This document shows, piece by piece, positions 14,262 to 23,787 of a stretch of 64,000 nucleotides of DNA (the stretch's first letter is position 1; each line of letters opens with the position of its first letter). The stretch is from a virus. Its lineage: Duplodnaviria > Caudoviricetes. The stretch lies in the IMG/VR virus record IMGVR_UViG_3300037418_002332. One strand, 5' to 3'. Under the pieces are notes generated by a model, which was not told the origin of the DNA, searched no databases, and saw nothing but the letters and a program-made list of their open reading frames with translations. The position numbers were made by a program, and so were the translations under genes.

Positions 14262-15362
14262 ATGAAATCGTACTTCATCAAGAGTGGCTCTGCATGGACT
14301 CCCACTAATGACGCCAATATCATAATTGTTGATCGAATTCCTATCGGGACTTATGCAGTTCAATGGAGTAAAGATCGCGGTTTTTATCTTGAAACTGTTG
14401 AAGATCTCAAAATCGAAGGCAAAATTTACGGTGATGTTCATAAGAATGTTGACCGTGTCATCAATACCTTCAAGTCAAGACCAAATACCACTGGTCTTCT
14501 TCTTGACGGTGAAAAAGGTTCCGGCAAAACTCTCTTCGCCAGAATTGTTTCCAATGAACTCCAAAAGCATGATGTTATCACCTTGTTGATCAATCAACCA
14601 TGGTGTGGTGAACAATTTAACATGTTTATTCAAACCATCAACCAACCAAAGATGGTTTTCTTTGATGAATTCGAAAAGGTTTATGGCAAAGAAGAACAGC
14701 AACAATTGCTGACTTTGCTCGACGGAACTTACAGCACCAAGACACTTTTCATTGTTACCACCAATGATCGCTACAATGTTAGCGAATACATGAGAAATCG
14801 TCCTGGTCGTTTCTTCTACAAGTTCCACTATGAAGGTCTTGATGAAGCTTTCATTCGTGAATATTGCAACGATCGTTTGGATAACAAGAGTCAAATCGAC
14901 CATATCGTCACATATTCCAAGGCTTTCTATGCTTTCAATTTCGATATTCTGAAGGCAATTGTTGAGGAAATGAATCGTTACGGTGAAACTGTTAGTCAGG
15001 TTTCAAAGTTCCTGAATGCTTCACCAAATTCCGACAAGATGGCATATAGCATTCGTAAAGCAATTTACAAGAATGCTGATGTCAAGTTGAACGAAAAGAC
15101 GCCTTATCATTCAGATGTGTCAGGTGGTCATCCTCTGAATCCTTATGTTGGTGCTGATAACATGTATATCCATTTCATCGGAACCGATATCACTGAAGAC
15201 GAAGAAGAACAGTATGAAGACAATCATTATGCATACTTCACTGCTGATGATATCATTTCAGTCAAAGATGGTTTGATTGTCATTGACAACAAAGACGTTT
15301 ATGCTGAATTTGAACGCAAGGTATACAAAGCAAAATCATATGAAGAATTCATGGCTCTATGA
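14262..15362 (+). CDS. AAA+ ATPase
   Basis: Walker A GEKGSGKT, Walker B VFFDEFEK, NRPGRF. Confidence 0.85.
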   Translation: MKSYFIKSGSAWTPTNDANIIIVDRIPIGTYAVQWSKDRGFYLETVEDLKIEGKIYGDVHKNVDRVINTFKSRPNTTGLLLDGEKGSGKTLFARIVSNELQKHDVITLLINQPWCGEQFNMFIQTINQPKMVFFDEFEKVYGKEEQQQLLTLLDGTYSTKTLFIVTTNDRYNVSEYMRNRPGRFFYKFHYEGLDEAFIREYCNDRLDNKSQIDHIVTYSKAFYAFNFDILKAIVEEMNRYGETVSQVSKFLNASPNSDKMAYSIRKAIYKNADVKLNEKTPYHSDVSGGHPLNPYVGADNMYIHFIGTDITEDEEEQYEDNHYAYFTADDIISVKDGLIVIDNKDVYAEFERKVYKAKSYEEFMAL

Positions 15363-15536
15363 TCCGACAAATTTGTCGAAACCTCGTTGGATACCAATTA
15401 CCGAATTGAACTTTTACGAACACAAATTGTTCATGAAAGACGAGGTTTCCGGCAAAATGGGTGCTTGTAGACCAAAGGCTGACGGAAAATTTGAGTGGGA
15501 GCATAAGGTCAATCCCACTCACTACTGGAGTTTCTA

Positions 15537-16334
15537 ATGCATTGGGTCTTACAAGACAACATATTTTCGGAACAAGGTTGGAATGTTTTGGTGGAAACAC
15601 TTCAACGTTTCAACATTCCGTTTTCCGAACATAAGGTTGTTCCATTCATTGGTGAGTTGTTGCCTGACCCTGAACCAATTGAGGGTCCAGTGATTTGCAT
15701 TGGCTCATATTCGATGAGGCACATTGCGAAGAAAAAGGGTTGGAATCCCGGTGTGTTTGATCTTGAACCACAAAACTTTTTGGTTCAGAAAAAGCATTGG
15801 GGGGAACTGATGTTGAATTACGATTCAATGGTTCTTCCTTTCAAAGACGTTTATCTTGACGAACCACGATTTGTTCGTCCAATTGATGATTCAAAATATT
15901 TCGCCGGCAAAGTTTTCGATCCTGATGAATTCAATCGTTGGCGTGTGTCGATTGTTGATTTGAAACAGGAAACAGGAATAAGTTTGACTCCTGAAACATT
16001 GGTTCAAATCTGTAAGCCTCATAAGATTTACAGCGAAAATCGTTTCTGGATTGTAGACGGAAAAATTGTAACAGCATCAACTTACAAAATTGGACATCGT
16101 GTTGCATATTCACCAGATGTTGATACAAAGTTCTATGATTTCGTTCGTCAATTGTTTGATCCATTCCTTCAACGTGAAGGACGTCCTTGGTTGCCTCACG
16201 AAGCATTTGTCATTGACGTTTGTGACACTCCTGAGGGAATCAAGATTGTTGAAATCAATACTTTGAACAGTTCCGGATTTTATGCTGGTGATGTCCAAAA
16301 ATTGGTTTTTGCTTTAGAAGAAAAATTTGCTTGA
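15537..16334 (+). CDS. ATP-grasp domain protein (R2K/DUF4343-like)
   Basis: FVRPIDDSKYFAG, ENRFWIV, FVIDVC, IVEIN...SGFY. Confidence 0.75.
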   Translation: MHWVLQDNIFSEQGWNVLVETLQRFNIPFSEHKVVPFIGELLPDPEPIEGPVICIGSYSMRHIAKKKGWNPGVFDLEPQNFLVQKKHWGELMLNYDSMVLPFKDVYLDEPRFVRPIDDSKYFAGKVFDPDEFNRWRVSIVDLKQETGISLTPETLVQICKPHKIYSENRFWIVDGKIVTASTYKIGHRVAYSPDVDTKFYDFVRQLFDPFLQREGRPWLPHEAFVIDVCDTPEGIKIVEINTLNSSGFYAGDVQKLVFALEEKFA

Positions 16335-16361
16335 CTTTCACAACCTAAAGGATTATATGTA

Positions 16362-16841
16362 ATGATGTTATCTGATTTTATGTTGGCTACTGCCAATAGA
16401 ATTATTGAGGGTGGTGATTGTAGTCTGGAATGTTATCCAGATGGTACAAGGTTCATTGATGCGGAAACGAAATTTGGTTGGGCAACTGCTTATTACAATC
16501 CAGTTTCATGCGAAGTCTATGATGTTTACGTTGCTGATTCCTTAGAAAGGAATCATTATTATCGCTGGATTCATCCAGACGTTAAAAACGAGTATCACAA
16601 ATTTGTGATTGATAATAATATTGACAATTCCGAATGGGCATTTACGGATTGTGAAACGGATATTCTTGTAAAACTTGAGGCAATTCTCAATAACAGAAAA
16701 TTCTATATTGATGTTGTGTTATCATTCGATTTGGAAGATGATGTCTTAAAAAAACTTGAAGACATCGCTTTGGAAAGAAATATAACTTTCGATGATTTGG
16801 TGATTGAAGCTTTAACTAAATACATTGAAAGCATTAAATAA
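16362..16841 (+). CDS. hypothetical protein with C-terminal RHH-like segment
   Basis: FDLEDDVLKKLEDIALERNITFDDLVIEAL. Confidence 0.6.
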   Translation: MMLSDFMLATANRIIEGGDCSLECYPDGTRFIDAETKFGWATAYYNPVSCEVYDVYVADSLERNHYYRWIHPDVKNEYHKFVIDNNIDNSEWAFTDCETDILVKLEAILNNRKFYIDVVLSFDLEDDVLKKLEDIALERNITFDDLVIEALTKYIESIK

Positions 16842-16843
16842 TT

Positions 16844-16919
16844 GGGGCCATAGCTCAGCTGGGAGAGCGCTTGCTTTGCAAGCAAGATGTCGTCGGTTCG
16901 ATCCCGACTGGCTCCACCA
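16844..16919 (+). tRNA. tRNA-Ala(TGC)
   Basis: canonical, G3.U70, CTTGC-TTTGCAA-GCAAG, CCA. Confidence 0.95.
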
Positions 16920-17246
16920 AAATTCAAAGAGTCCCCTCTGCTTTGACGGAAGCATGCGACCTTTGACGGCGAAGAAAGCTTATCCGGTGCCCACCGGTTT
17001 AACTCTTTCTGACGAGATTGATAGGTGGTAGGTGAATCTCTTCGCCGACAATTTAGGAGTGATGATGAAATACGTTGCTTTGATTCAGGTTGATGGTCAT
17101 ATCATGTGGGTGTGCAATGAAGACAATTCTGTTCGTCTTTTTGACGATAGCAATTTTGCTGAGCAGGTTGCTCGTGTATTATCTCCAGTGATCAAAATTG
17201 TAACTGAAGCTGAATTTCATCAAATGCTTGAAGAAAGAGCTAAATC

Positions 17247-17645
17247 ATGAAAGTTATGATTGAACAAGAAAACATTGAATTCCTTCAGGCTGTTGGAAAA
17301 CAACTTTCTGAAACCGCAACTCTTCGCCGGTTTGATCCAAAGGAAGTTCATGCCGTTATGTTTAACGGTGAAGCATACAAAGTTGGTCCATTCGTTGCAA
17401 CCAAACCCACTTGGGATGAAGATTCAATGGACTCAATCTACGAAGAAACATATGCTTGGCAGTACAATCCTGCTGTTGACAAATATGTTCTTTATGCTTT
17501 GGAAGAAGATTGGGACAGTTGGGGAACGCACTACGGCAATTTTGGCGTTCATTTCAGCATCGGTGAAGTTATCAAGTATGTGCCGGTGATTAAGTACACG
17601 AATATTCATGTGGACAATCACCCAAAGAAGAATATGGAATGGTAA
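17247..17645 (+). CDS. hypothetical protein
   Basis: ORF track, overlapping start/stop with neighbours. Confidence 0.6.
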   Translation: MKVMIEQENIEFLQAVGKQLSETATLRRFDPKEVHAVMFNGEAYKVGPFVATKPTWDEDSMDSIYEETYAWQYNPAVDKYVLYALEEDWDSWGTHYGNFGVHFSIGEVIKYVPVIKYTNIHVDNHPKKNMEW

Positions 17646-17944
17646 TGGAAAAACAGAAAATTAGAATTCAAGAAACTTTCTACGACATCTATACTGCGCA
17701 GAAAATGATTGAAGCAATTAATGCTTTTTGTGAACCAAACAATCTCAAACCTGAAGATGTGACTATTGAAATTTCAGGTGATTTAGAATCATGGGATGAA
17801 TGGAATTATACTTTGGCTGGTCTTCGTGAAGAAACTGATCTTGAAACTGAAGCTCGTGTGAAGAAAGAAGAAGCTTACAAGAAAGCACACGAAGCTAAAG
17901 AACGCGAAACATTTGAACGATTGAAAGCCAAATACGGAGAGTGA
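17639..17944 (+). CDS. hypothetical protein, ends inside tRNA-Ser
   Basis: ORF track; resembles 11059-11403 in its C-terminal charged helix. Confidence 0.6.
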   Translation: MVMEKQKIRIQETFYDIYTAQKMIEAINAFCEPNNLKPEDVTIEISGDLESWDEWNYTLAGLREETDLETEARVKKEEAYKKAHEAKERETFERLKAKYGE

Positions 17945-18022
17945 CGCAGCTAGGTGGCTGTCACTGTTTGCTAAACAGAGGGGACCGCAAGGTTTGGGGT
18001 TCAAGACCTCCGCTCTCCGCCA
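17936..18022 (+). tRNA. tRNA-Ser(GCT)
   Basis: CTGT-TTGCTAA-ACAG, long V arm, G73, CCA. Confidence 0.88.
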
Positions 18023-18042
18023 ATACATTATGGAGTGATTGA

Positions 18043-19119
18043 ATGACGTTGACTAATGACCAAACTGCCATCAATTTTCATGATGAGCTTTATATCGGGT
18101 GCCGTTCCATGGAACCCTTTTCCACCACCGAATTTCCCCTTGCATTTTCTACACCATATGACAATACTGCGGCAGGCAGAAAGCGCCAAAAGACTGTCGA
18201 TGATTGGTGCGGTGTTCAATATCATACCAAAAATCCATCCTCAACCAGAGGATCAGCTAAACCGCAAGTCGTCAAAAATGAATTGCTCGAAGGCTTCAAA
18301 TTTGAAGGTGCAGTTTCTCGTTGGAGAACTGGCAACAAGTGGTTTGAAATCAACGATCCACGTGGGTTCACTCTTCAAATCTCAGCCGCGAATTTGGCTG
18401 ACATCATTCTCAATTGCACAATCATCAATGGCGTTCTCCAAGGCAAATATGTTTGGGGCAGACGTGACGGCTCAGTTTATCTGGCCAGAGAATCACAACT
18501 GATCAAAGTTGCTTCTGCTGATCGTTCAAGACCAAACATTGGTGATATTGTCAAAGATCGTTATGGCACTCAGTATGTTTATCTAGGCAAATATTTCACA
18601 ACGATGATTATTGCTGAACAACAATATTTCGATTTCAACAAGAAAACATATTCAATCAAATCATATAACAAATATTATGAACAACCAGGAGCTCGTAATT
18701 GGGCATCACATCTGAAAACGTTGTTGCCAAACAACAATTATACAGAATTGGTTCTTGAAGTCAAGCAATCTGACAAAGCCACGCATGTTTACAAACCCGT
18801 AACCGATTACAGCCTTGGCGCTCTCAAATTCATGTCCGATTACGGCAAACATGAAAAAACAGGCGAAACTGAAGTGGTTGATGTTGATGCTTTGTTAGCA
18901 GAATGGCATTCCAGTGATGATATCTCATATTCTGCAACAAAATTGTTCAGAACAAAAGATGAACGATCGAATTTTGTGATCTCAACCCCTTCAAAAATTC
19001 TGTTCGATCACCAAGAAGAGCTTGAAGCAAAAACTCTGAATTCTTCATATGTTCGAACGAATTATTTGAAAACTTACCACTTCATAGATTTAGATGGGCA
19101 ACGAAAGAAATTCGCTTGA
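18043..19119 (+). CDS. hypothetical phage protein
   Basis: 358-aa ORF, GGAG RBS. Confidence 0.75.
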   Translation: MTLTNDQTAINFHDELYIGCRSMEPFSTTEFPLAFSTPYDNTAAGRKRQKTVDDWCGVQYHTKNPSSTRGSAKPQVVKNELLEGFKFEGAVSRWRTGNKWFEINDPRGFTLQISAANLADIILNCTIINGVLQGKYVWGRRDGSVYLARESQLIKVASADRSRPNIGDIVKDRYGTQYVYLGKYFTTMIIAEQQYFDFNKKTYSIKSYNKYYEQPGARNWASHLKTLLPNNNYTELVLEVKQSDKATHVYKPVTDYSLGALKFMSDYGKHEKTGETEVVDVDALLAEWHSSDDISYSATKLFRTKDERSNFVISTPSKILFDHQEELEAKTLNSSYVRTNYLKTYHFIDLDGQRKKFA

Positions 19120-19622
19120 CTTAATTGTCAACCTCAGTTAAAGTGAAATTCTAACTGAGGTTGACGTTATGTGGCAGTCTCTTGTAATTCAGTTTAACGG
19201 CTGGAAGCTTGATCAAGGCACTCGAGAAGTTGCCTTTGCTGCCTATCGCGCATCTATGGAAAGCACTTTAACGTTGTTCGCTTTTCTTTACAATGATAAG
19301 GGTGAACTGGTAGAAACCTTTATCCCAACTGTGGTGAAAAAATGAGCGTCGGAAAATATTCACCCACTGTTTCATACGCTTACAGCGTGGACAAGGATTG
19401 GTGGGAAAAGAACGGTGGTGGAACTGTCGATGTCAATTTTGACAAAGATGGTTATGATAGCTATGGTTATGATCAATTCGATCGTGATCGTGCCGGCAAT
19501 TACGAAGATGAATATCTATTTGATGGCGAGTGGATTGATGGTGAGTTAGTTTACAAACTTTATCAAGACACTTATGCCGAATGGGCAGTTCGTCTTCCAC
19601 AAGGCAAAAAATTCGAGGATAA

Positions 19623-20075
19623 ATGAAACATATCATATCAGCCGCCATTGCCTTTGCTGTTAAGCATCACGAAGGCCAATTCGACAAGGCTGGTATGCCT
19701 TACATCCTTCATCCTTTGAAGGTTATGTATTATGTTAAATCCAATGATGAAGAGTTGATGGCAATTGCTGTCCTCCATGATGTCATTGAAGATTGTTTCA
19801 CTCATGATCATGAAGCTGGCTATGCAGCTTTGAAGGCAATCGGAATGACACCACGAGTCATTGCTGGTGTTCGAGCCTTGACCAAGATCAAGGGAACCAA
19901 ATACGAAGATTACATTGACAATTTGATTGCAAATATTGATGCGGTCAAGGTCAAGATGGCTGATTTGCGCCATAACATGGATGTTCGCCGTTTACTCGGC
20001 GTCACCGACAAAGACATTAAACGCATTGAAAAATATGCGAAAACCTATCACAGATTAGAAGGAGTATTGGGATGA
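19623..20075 (+). CDS. HD-domain (p)ppGpp hydrolase-like protein (SpoT/Mesh1 family)
   Basis: HEGQFDKAGMPYILHP, AVLHDVIED, VKMADLRHN. Confidence 0.85.
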   Translation: MKHIISAAIAFAVKHHEGQFDKAGMPYILHPLKVMYYVKSNDEELMAIAVLHDVIEDCFTHDHEAGYAALKAIGMTPRVIAGVRALTKIKGTKYEDYIDNLIANIDAVKVKMADLRHNMDVRRLLGVTDKDIKRIEKYAKTYHRLEGVLG

Positions 20076-20683
20076 AGGTATCATTGAACAAGGCGAACAA
20101 GCTTCGCGCACTTTTGGAAAATGCAGTTGGTCAACTCTATGTTGGTCAACGTGAATTTGCGATGGTTTCTCTGAATGGTTTCGAAGATTTCGAAACTGTT
20201 GAAGCCAAAATCGACGCAAACATCGAAGCAAACGCAGCTTTGATTGACAAGATTGAACGTGGCACCACCGCGATCTTCACTCTTCGCAATCTCATTCAGA
20301 AGCGCAACGCTGACTTTGGCATCAATGATGTCATCTCAGACATTGCAAAGACCAATGAGTTGATCAAGGTTTATTCAAATCTGGATCAGCGCCCAGCGAA
20401 CTTCGCTCGTGAAATTCCAACGGCCAACGTTGTGAAGTCAAACAGCGAATTCCGTTCGCAGTCAACCGCAGCAACGACCAATTACAGCGGTCGTACTGCT
20501 TTGCCTTTCAGCGGTGTCTCATCAGTTGATAAGGCAACTCAGGAAGCTGTTCAAAACAAGCACAAGGCTTTGAAAAAGGCTCTTCGTGAACTTGAAGAAA
20601 AGCGGAATGAATTGAACCATCAAAACATTCTTGATATCCCAGCGGAGGTTGAGCTCGTTCTCACTGAGAACGACTTGATCTGA
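20072..20683 (+). CDS. coiled-coil hypothetical protein
   Basis: 203-aa helical ORF followed by long hairpin. Confidence 0.75.
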   Translation: MKVSLNKANKLRALLENAVGQLYVGQREFAMVSLNGFEDFETVEAKIDANIEANAALIDKIERGTTAIFTLRNLIQKRNADFGINDVISDIAKTNELIKVYSNLDQRPANFAREIPTANVVKSNSEFRSQSTAATTNYSGRTALPFSGVSSVDKATQEAVQNKHKALKKALRELEEKRNELNHQNILDIPAEVELVLTENDLI

Positions 20684-20687
20684 CGCC

Positions 20688-20892
20688 AGGAGGCAGTGAC
20701 GAGGAAACCCGTTACAAGATCCATTTTGGATCGGCAAAAATCAATAATAATCCATTGTTACCACCTTTCAAAAAATAGGATAGCTTCGGCGAGTTCTTTG
20801 TAGTTTTGTTGGGGTCGGGGATTTATGTGATTTGTTGGTTGTTGATTGTAAAGTGTTTGTTGTTATCGGGATTCCCGTCACTGTCAATTCCT
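20688..20892 (+). ncRNA. long G.U-rich imperfect hairpin
   Basis: GGCAGTGACG/CGTCACTGTC and CCCG/CGGG closure; A/C-rich 5' arm vs G/T-rich 3' arm. Confidence 0.6.
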
Positions 20893-21620
20893 AAGGAGTG
20901 AGACATGAAAAAGGTTGATGCCACATTCCATACTCTTTATAATCATGAAGCGTTTAAGAACATTCGTGATTCAGATTTCGACGGGAACAAATTTCTTCAA
21001 TTTGAAACCGACAGTCCAATTTTCTTTCGTGGTTCATATACCACAATTCTCACCATTGATGATGCTTCAACTTCCGTTGAATGTGAAACATTCGAAGAAC
21101 TTTTTATGAGATTATACTCAAATGCCTAAATTCATCAGAATGTTTCGCAACTTTACCAAGCGCGATGCTATTGGTTGGGGAATTATTGGCGTTGCAATGT
21201 TTGCAAATGCATTTTTCTGGGTGTGGATGGGCAACCGGATGGATGAACGATTTGTCAATGGTCCAATGTTCGTCCATGAAATTTCACCCGAATGCAAAAC
21301 GACTGGTGGATGCAGATTTGAATATGCAGAAAATCATTAGATTTTGTATTGAAAATTGTTATTGGTTTCCTTTTGCGATATTGGTCCTGTTGATCATTGC
21401 CTCAATGATTTGGAGATAACATGACAGCTGAAACTGTAGCATGTCAATGGAAAATTTTGGATCAAGTTAACTTCAACCAAGGAGTTGCTGTTCTTTTTGA
21501 TCATATAACTGAAACCAAAAATTTTTACGATGCCAATGATTATTTTGATTATTGTCGTCACAACAACATTTCAATCACCCACTATAAAGATGTTAGTGGA
21601 TATGTTAAGAAAAATGATCT

Positions 21621-21896
21621 ATGTCCTTGGCCGATTTCATAGGAATCAGTTATGGTGTCGTTCACTGCAAAAGGGACAAATACGACGTCTATATTGGTCG
21701 CCCATCCAAATGGGGCAATCCGTTTGAGATTGGTAAAGACGGAACTCGTGAAGAAGTTATACTCAAATACAAAGAGTGGTATGCACAAAACACCGAGTTA
21801 CAGAAAGATATTGGCGAATTACACGGGAAGATATTAGGTTGCTGGTGCAAACCGAAGGCATGCCATGGAGATTTTCTTTGTGAGATAGCAAATTAG
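21621..21896 (+). CDS. DUF4326-family protein
   Basis: VVHCK...DVYIGRPSKWGNPF...LGCWCKPKACHGD. Confidence 0.85.
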   Translation: MSLADFIGISYGVVHCKRDKYDVYIGRPSKWGNPFEIGKDGTREEVILKYKEWYAQNTELQKDIGELHGKILGCWCKPKACHGDFLCEIAN

Positions 21897-21963
21897 TTCT
21901 TGACTTTCCAATAAAAATCAGTACATTGAAACCCTAATCTAAACAATCGAGAGGCAATAAAAT

Positions 21964-23625
21964 ATGGCTACGGCAGCAGCAGCGAAACGTACAGCTGAAA
22001 TTGACGAAATCATCAATTCTGGTCGAGTCAAACAGGCTCCCACCGCTAAAAAAGTTGAGGCTGAACAAGATTCAGCAGCAGCCAACATCAAGGAAAATCC
22101 TTTCTATCAGGTTATTTTTGACGCAAAGTTGACTCCTGAAGAAAAGAAGGCAGCTGTTGCCAAGATTTGGGTTTCAACTGGTGATAAGGCCAAGGATCGC
22201 GCCAACGCCAAGGACTTTGAAGCCTTCAAGGAATATCTTCAGCACATGCGTGAAGAAATGGCTGTCAAAATCATCAAGTTGACGGACACTGATACATTCT
22301 CAGAACTGAAGCAGGTTTATGAAGACCTGAACAACGCTCTGATCGATTTCGATGACAAGATGAATCCTTTGACTGAAATCATCGATTCAATCTACACTCT
22401 TCGCACTAATGGTGTTGCATTTGACGCTTTCAAGGAAATCCAACAGGATAAGGCTGCTGAAGAAGCTCGTGAAGCTGAACGCGCCAACCTCAAGAATGAA
22501 CTTGACAGCACCACCGAAGATATCAACAATCTGAATTACGAAATCAACAGCTTGCGTAATCAACGCTCACTGTTTGGTTTTGGTGGTGTCAAGAAAGAAG
22601 CTCTTGATGCAATCGCTCGCAAAGAAGTTGAACTTCAAAATCTGCGCAATTCAATCACTGATCTGGAAACCAAAATTCAGAATACAAACGGTGAATCAAC
22701 TCCAAGCCAACTTGGTGAGTTTGCTGCTCAAAAGGAAAAGCTTCGTGAGCTTCTGGATATCACTTCTGATGAACACAAGCAACGTCAGGCTGATCTGGTC
22801 AACGCTGCTTTGAATTTCGTCAAGACCTCAAAGGAACGTGTTGGTTCCGTCAAGGATCATCTGGGTAAGATGAACAATCAGGTCGAAAACCTTGGTGATG
22901 CAAACGGCACGATGACTCGCGTTTATGCGATCATGAATGAAGGTCTGAAGGAAGCCGAAAAGATTAATCAGGCCAATCGCGACAAGTTGATGCCACCTGA
23001 AACTGAAGAAGACCTGATCACGAAGATGACTCGTGAAGAAAAGAAGGCTGCGATTGAAGATCATCTGACTGCGTTGAACCGTTCATCAGCTGATACGATC
23101 GTCACCTATGGTGATCTGGTTTCACAATCAACTCGCATTAAGACTATGAAGGATGCGAATGATGTTCAAATCACCAAGGCAAGCAATATGTACACCCAAG
23201 GTGTGGCTGGTGTTGCTGACCGATTGAGCGTTGTTCTACAGGCTGTGTCTGCCGCAGCTTTGGGTGAATCAAGTTCAATGGCTGGTGAAACCTTGGCACG
23301 TATGTCTGGTAACACCAATAAGGTTGCTCAAAAGGAATCAATTCGTATCGCTATGGGTATCAGTGATCAAAACAATGATATCGCAAAGGCCATCGAAGAC
23401 CTTGCAACTTATGGTGAAGTTACCAAGGCTGCTACCAATATCACCCGCGAAGGCATTACCGAAATGCGTTCAAAGCTTGAAGAAATGGAACGTATCGCTG
23501 GTGAAGTTCGTAAGGACGTTGCCGATGCTGTTGCGGTTACAGCCGATGTCGCTCTTGGTTTGAAGAAGCCAGCGGAAAAGGCAAAGGTTGTAGCTGATGA
23601 CGAAGAAAATCCCTTCAAACTCTGA
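21964..23625 (+). CDS. large coiled-coil protein
   Basis: 553 aa, helical; promoter TTGACT at 21900, GAGG RBS. Confidence 0.8.
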   Translation: MATAAAAKRTAEIDEIINSGRVKQAPTAKKVEAEQDSAAANIKENPFYQVIFDAKLTPEEKKAAVAKIWVSTGDKAKDRANAKDFEAFKEYLQHMREEMAVKIIKLTDTDTFSELKQVYEDLNNALIDFDDKMNPLTEIIDSIYTLRTNGVAFDAFKEIQQDKAAEEAREAERANLKNELDSTTEDINNLNYEINSLRNQRSLFGFGGVKKEALDAIARKEVELQNLRNSITDLETKIQNTNGESTPSQLGEFAAQKEKLRELLDITSDEHKQRQADLVNAALNFVKTSKERVGSVKDHLGKMNNQVENLGDANGTMTRVYAIMNEGLKEAEKINQANRDKLMPPETEEDLITKMTREEKKAAIEDHLTALNRSSADTIVTYGDLVSQSTRIKTMKDANDVQITKASNMYTQGVAGVADRLSVVLQAVSAAALGESSSMAGETLARMSGNTNKVAQKESIRIAMGISDQNNDIAKAIEDLATYGEVTKAATNITREGITEMRSKLEEMERIAGEVRKDVADAVAVTADVALGLKKPAEKAKVVADDEENPFKL

Positions 23626-23787
23626 AACTAATGCCGCCGCAGTTTTGCGAGAAAATTTCAAGAGAACTCACGAACTTTGGAAAATTGATCTAGCCCATAC
23701 GTATTCTTGTGGGCTAGTTCCTTTATTTGGCCCATGTCCCAAATGTGGATATGAATTGAAAATCACTTCAAAGGAAGAAAATTAAAC

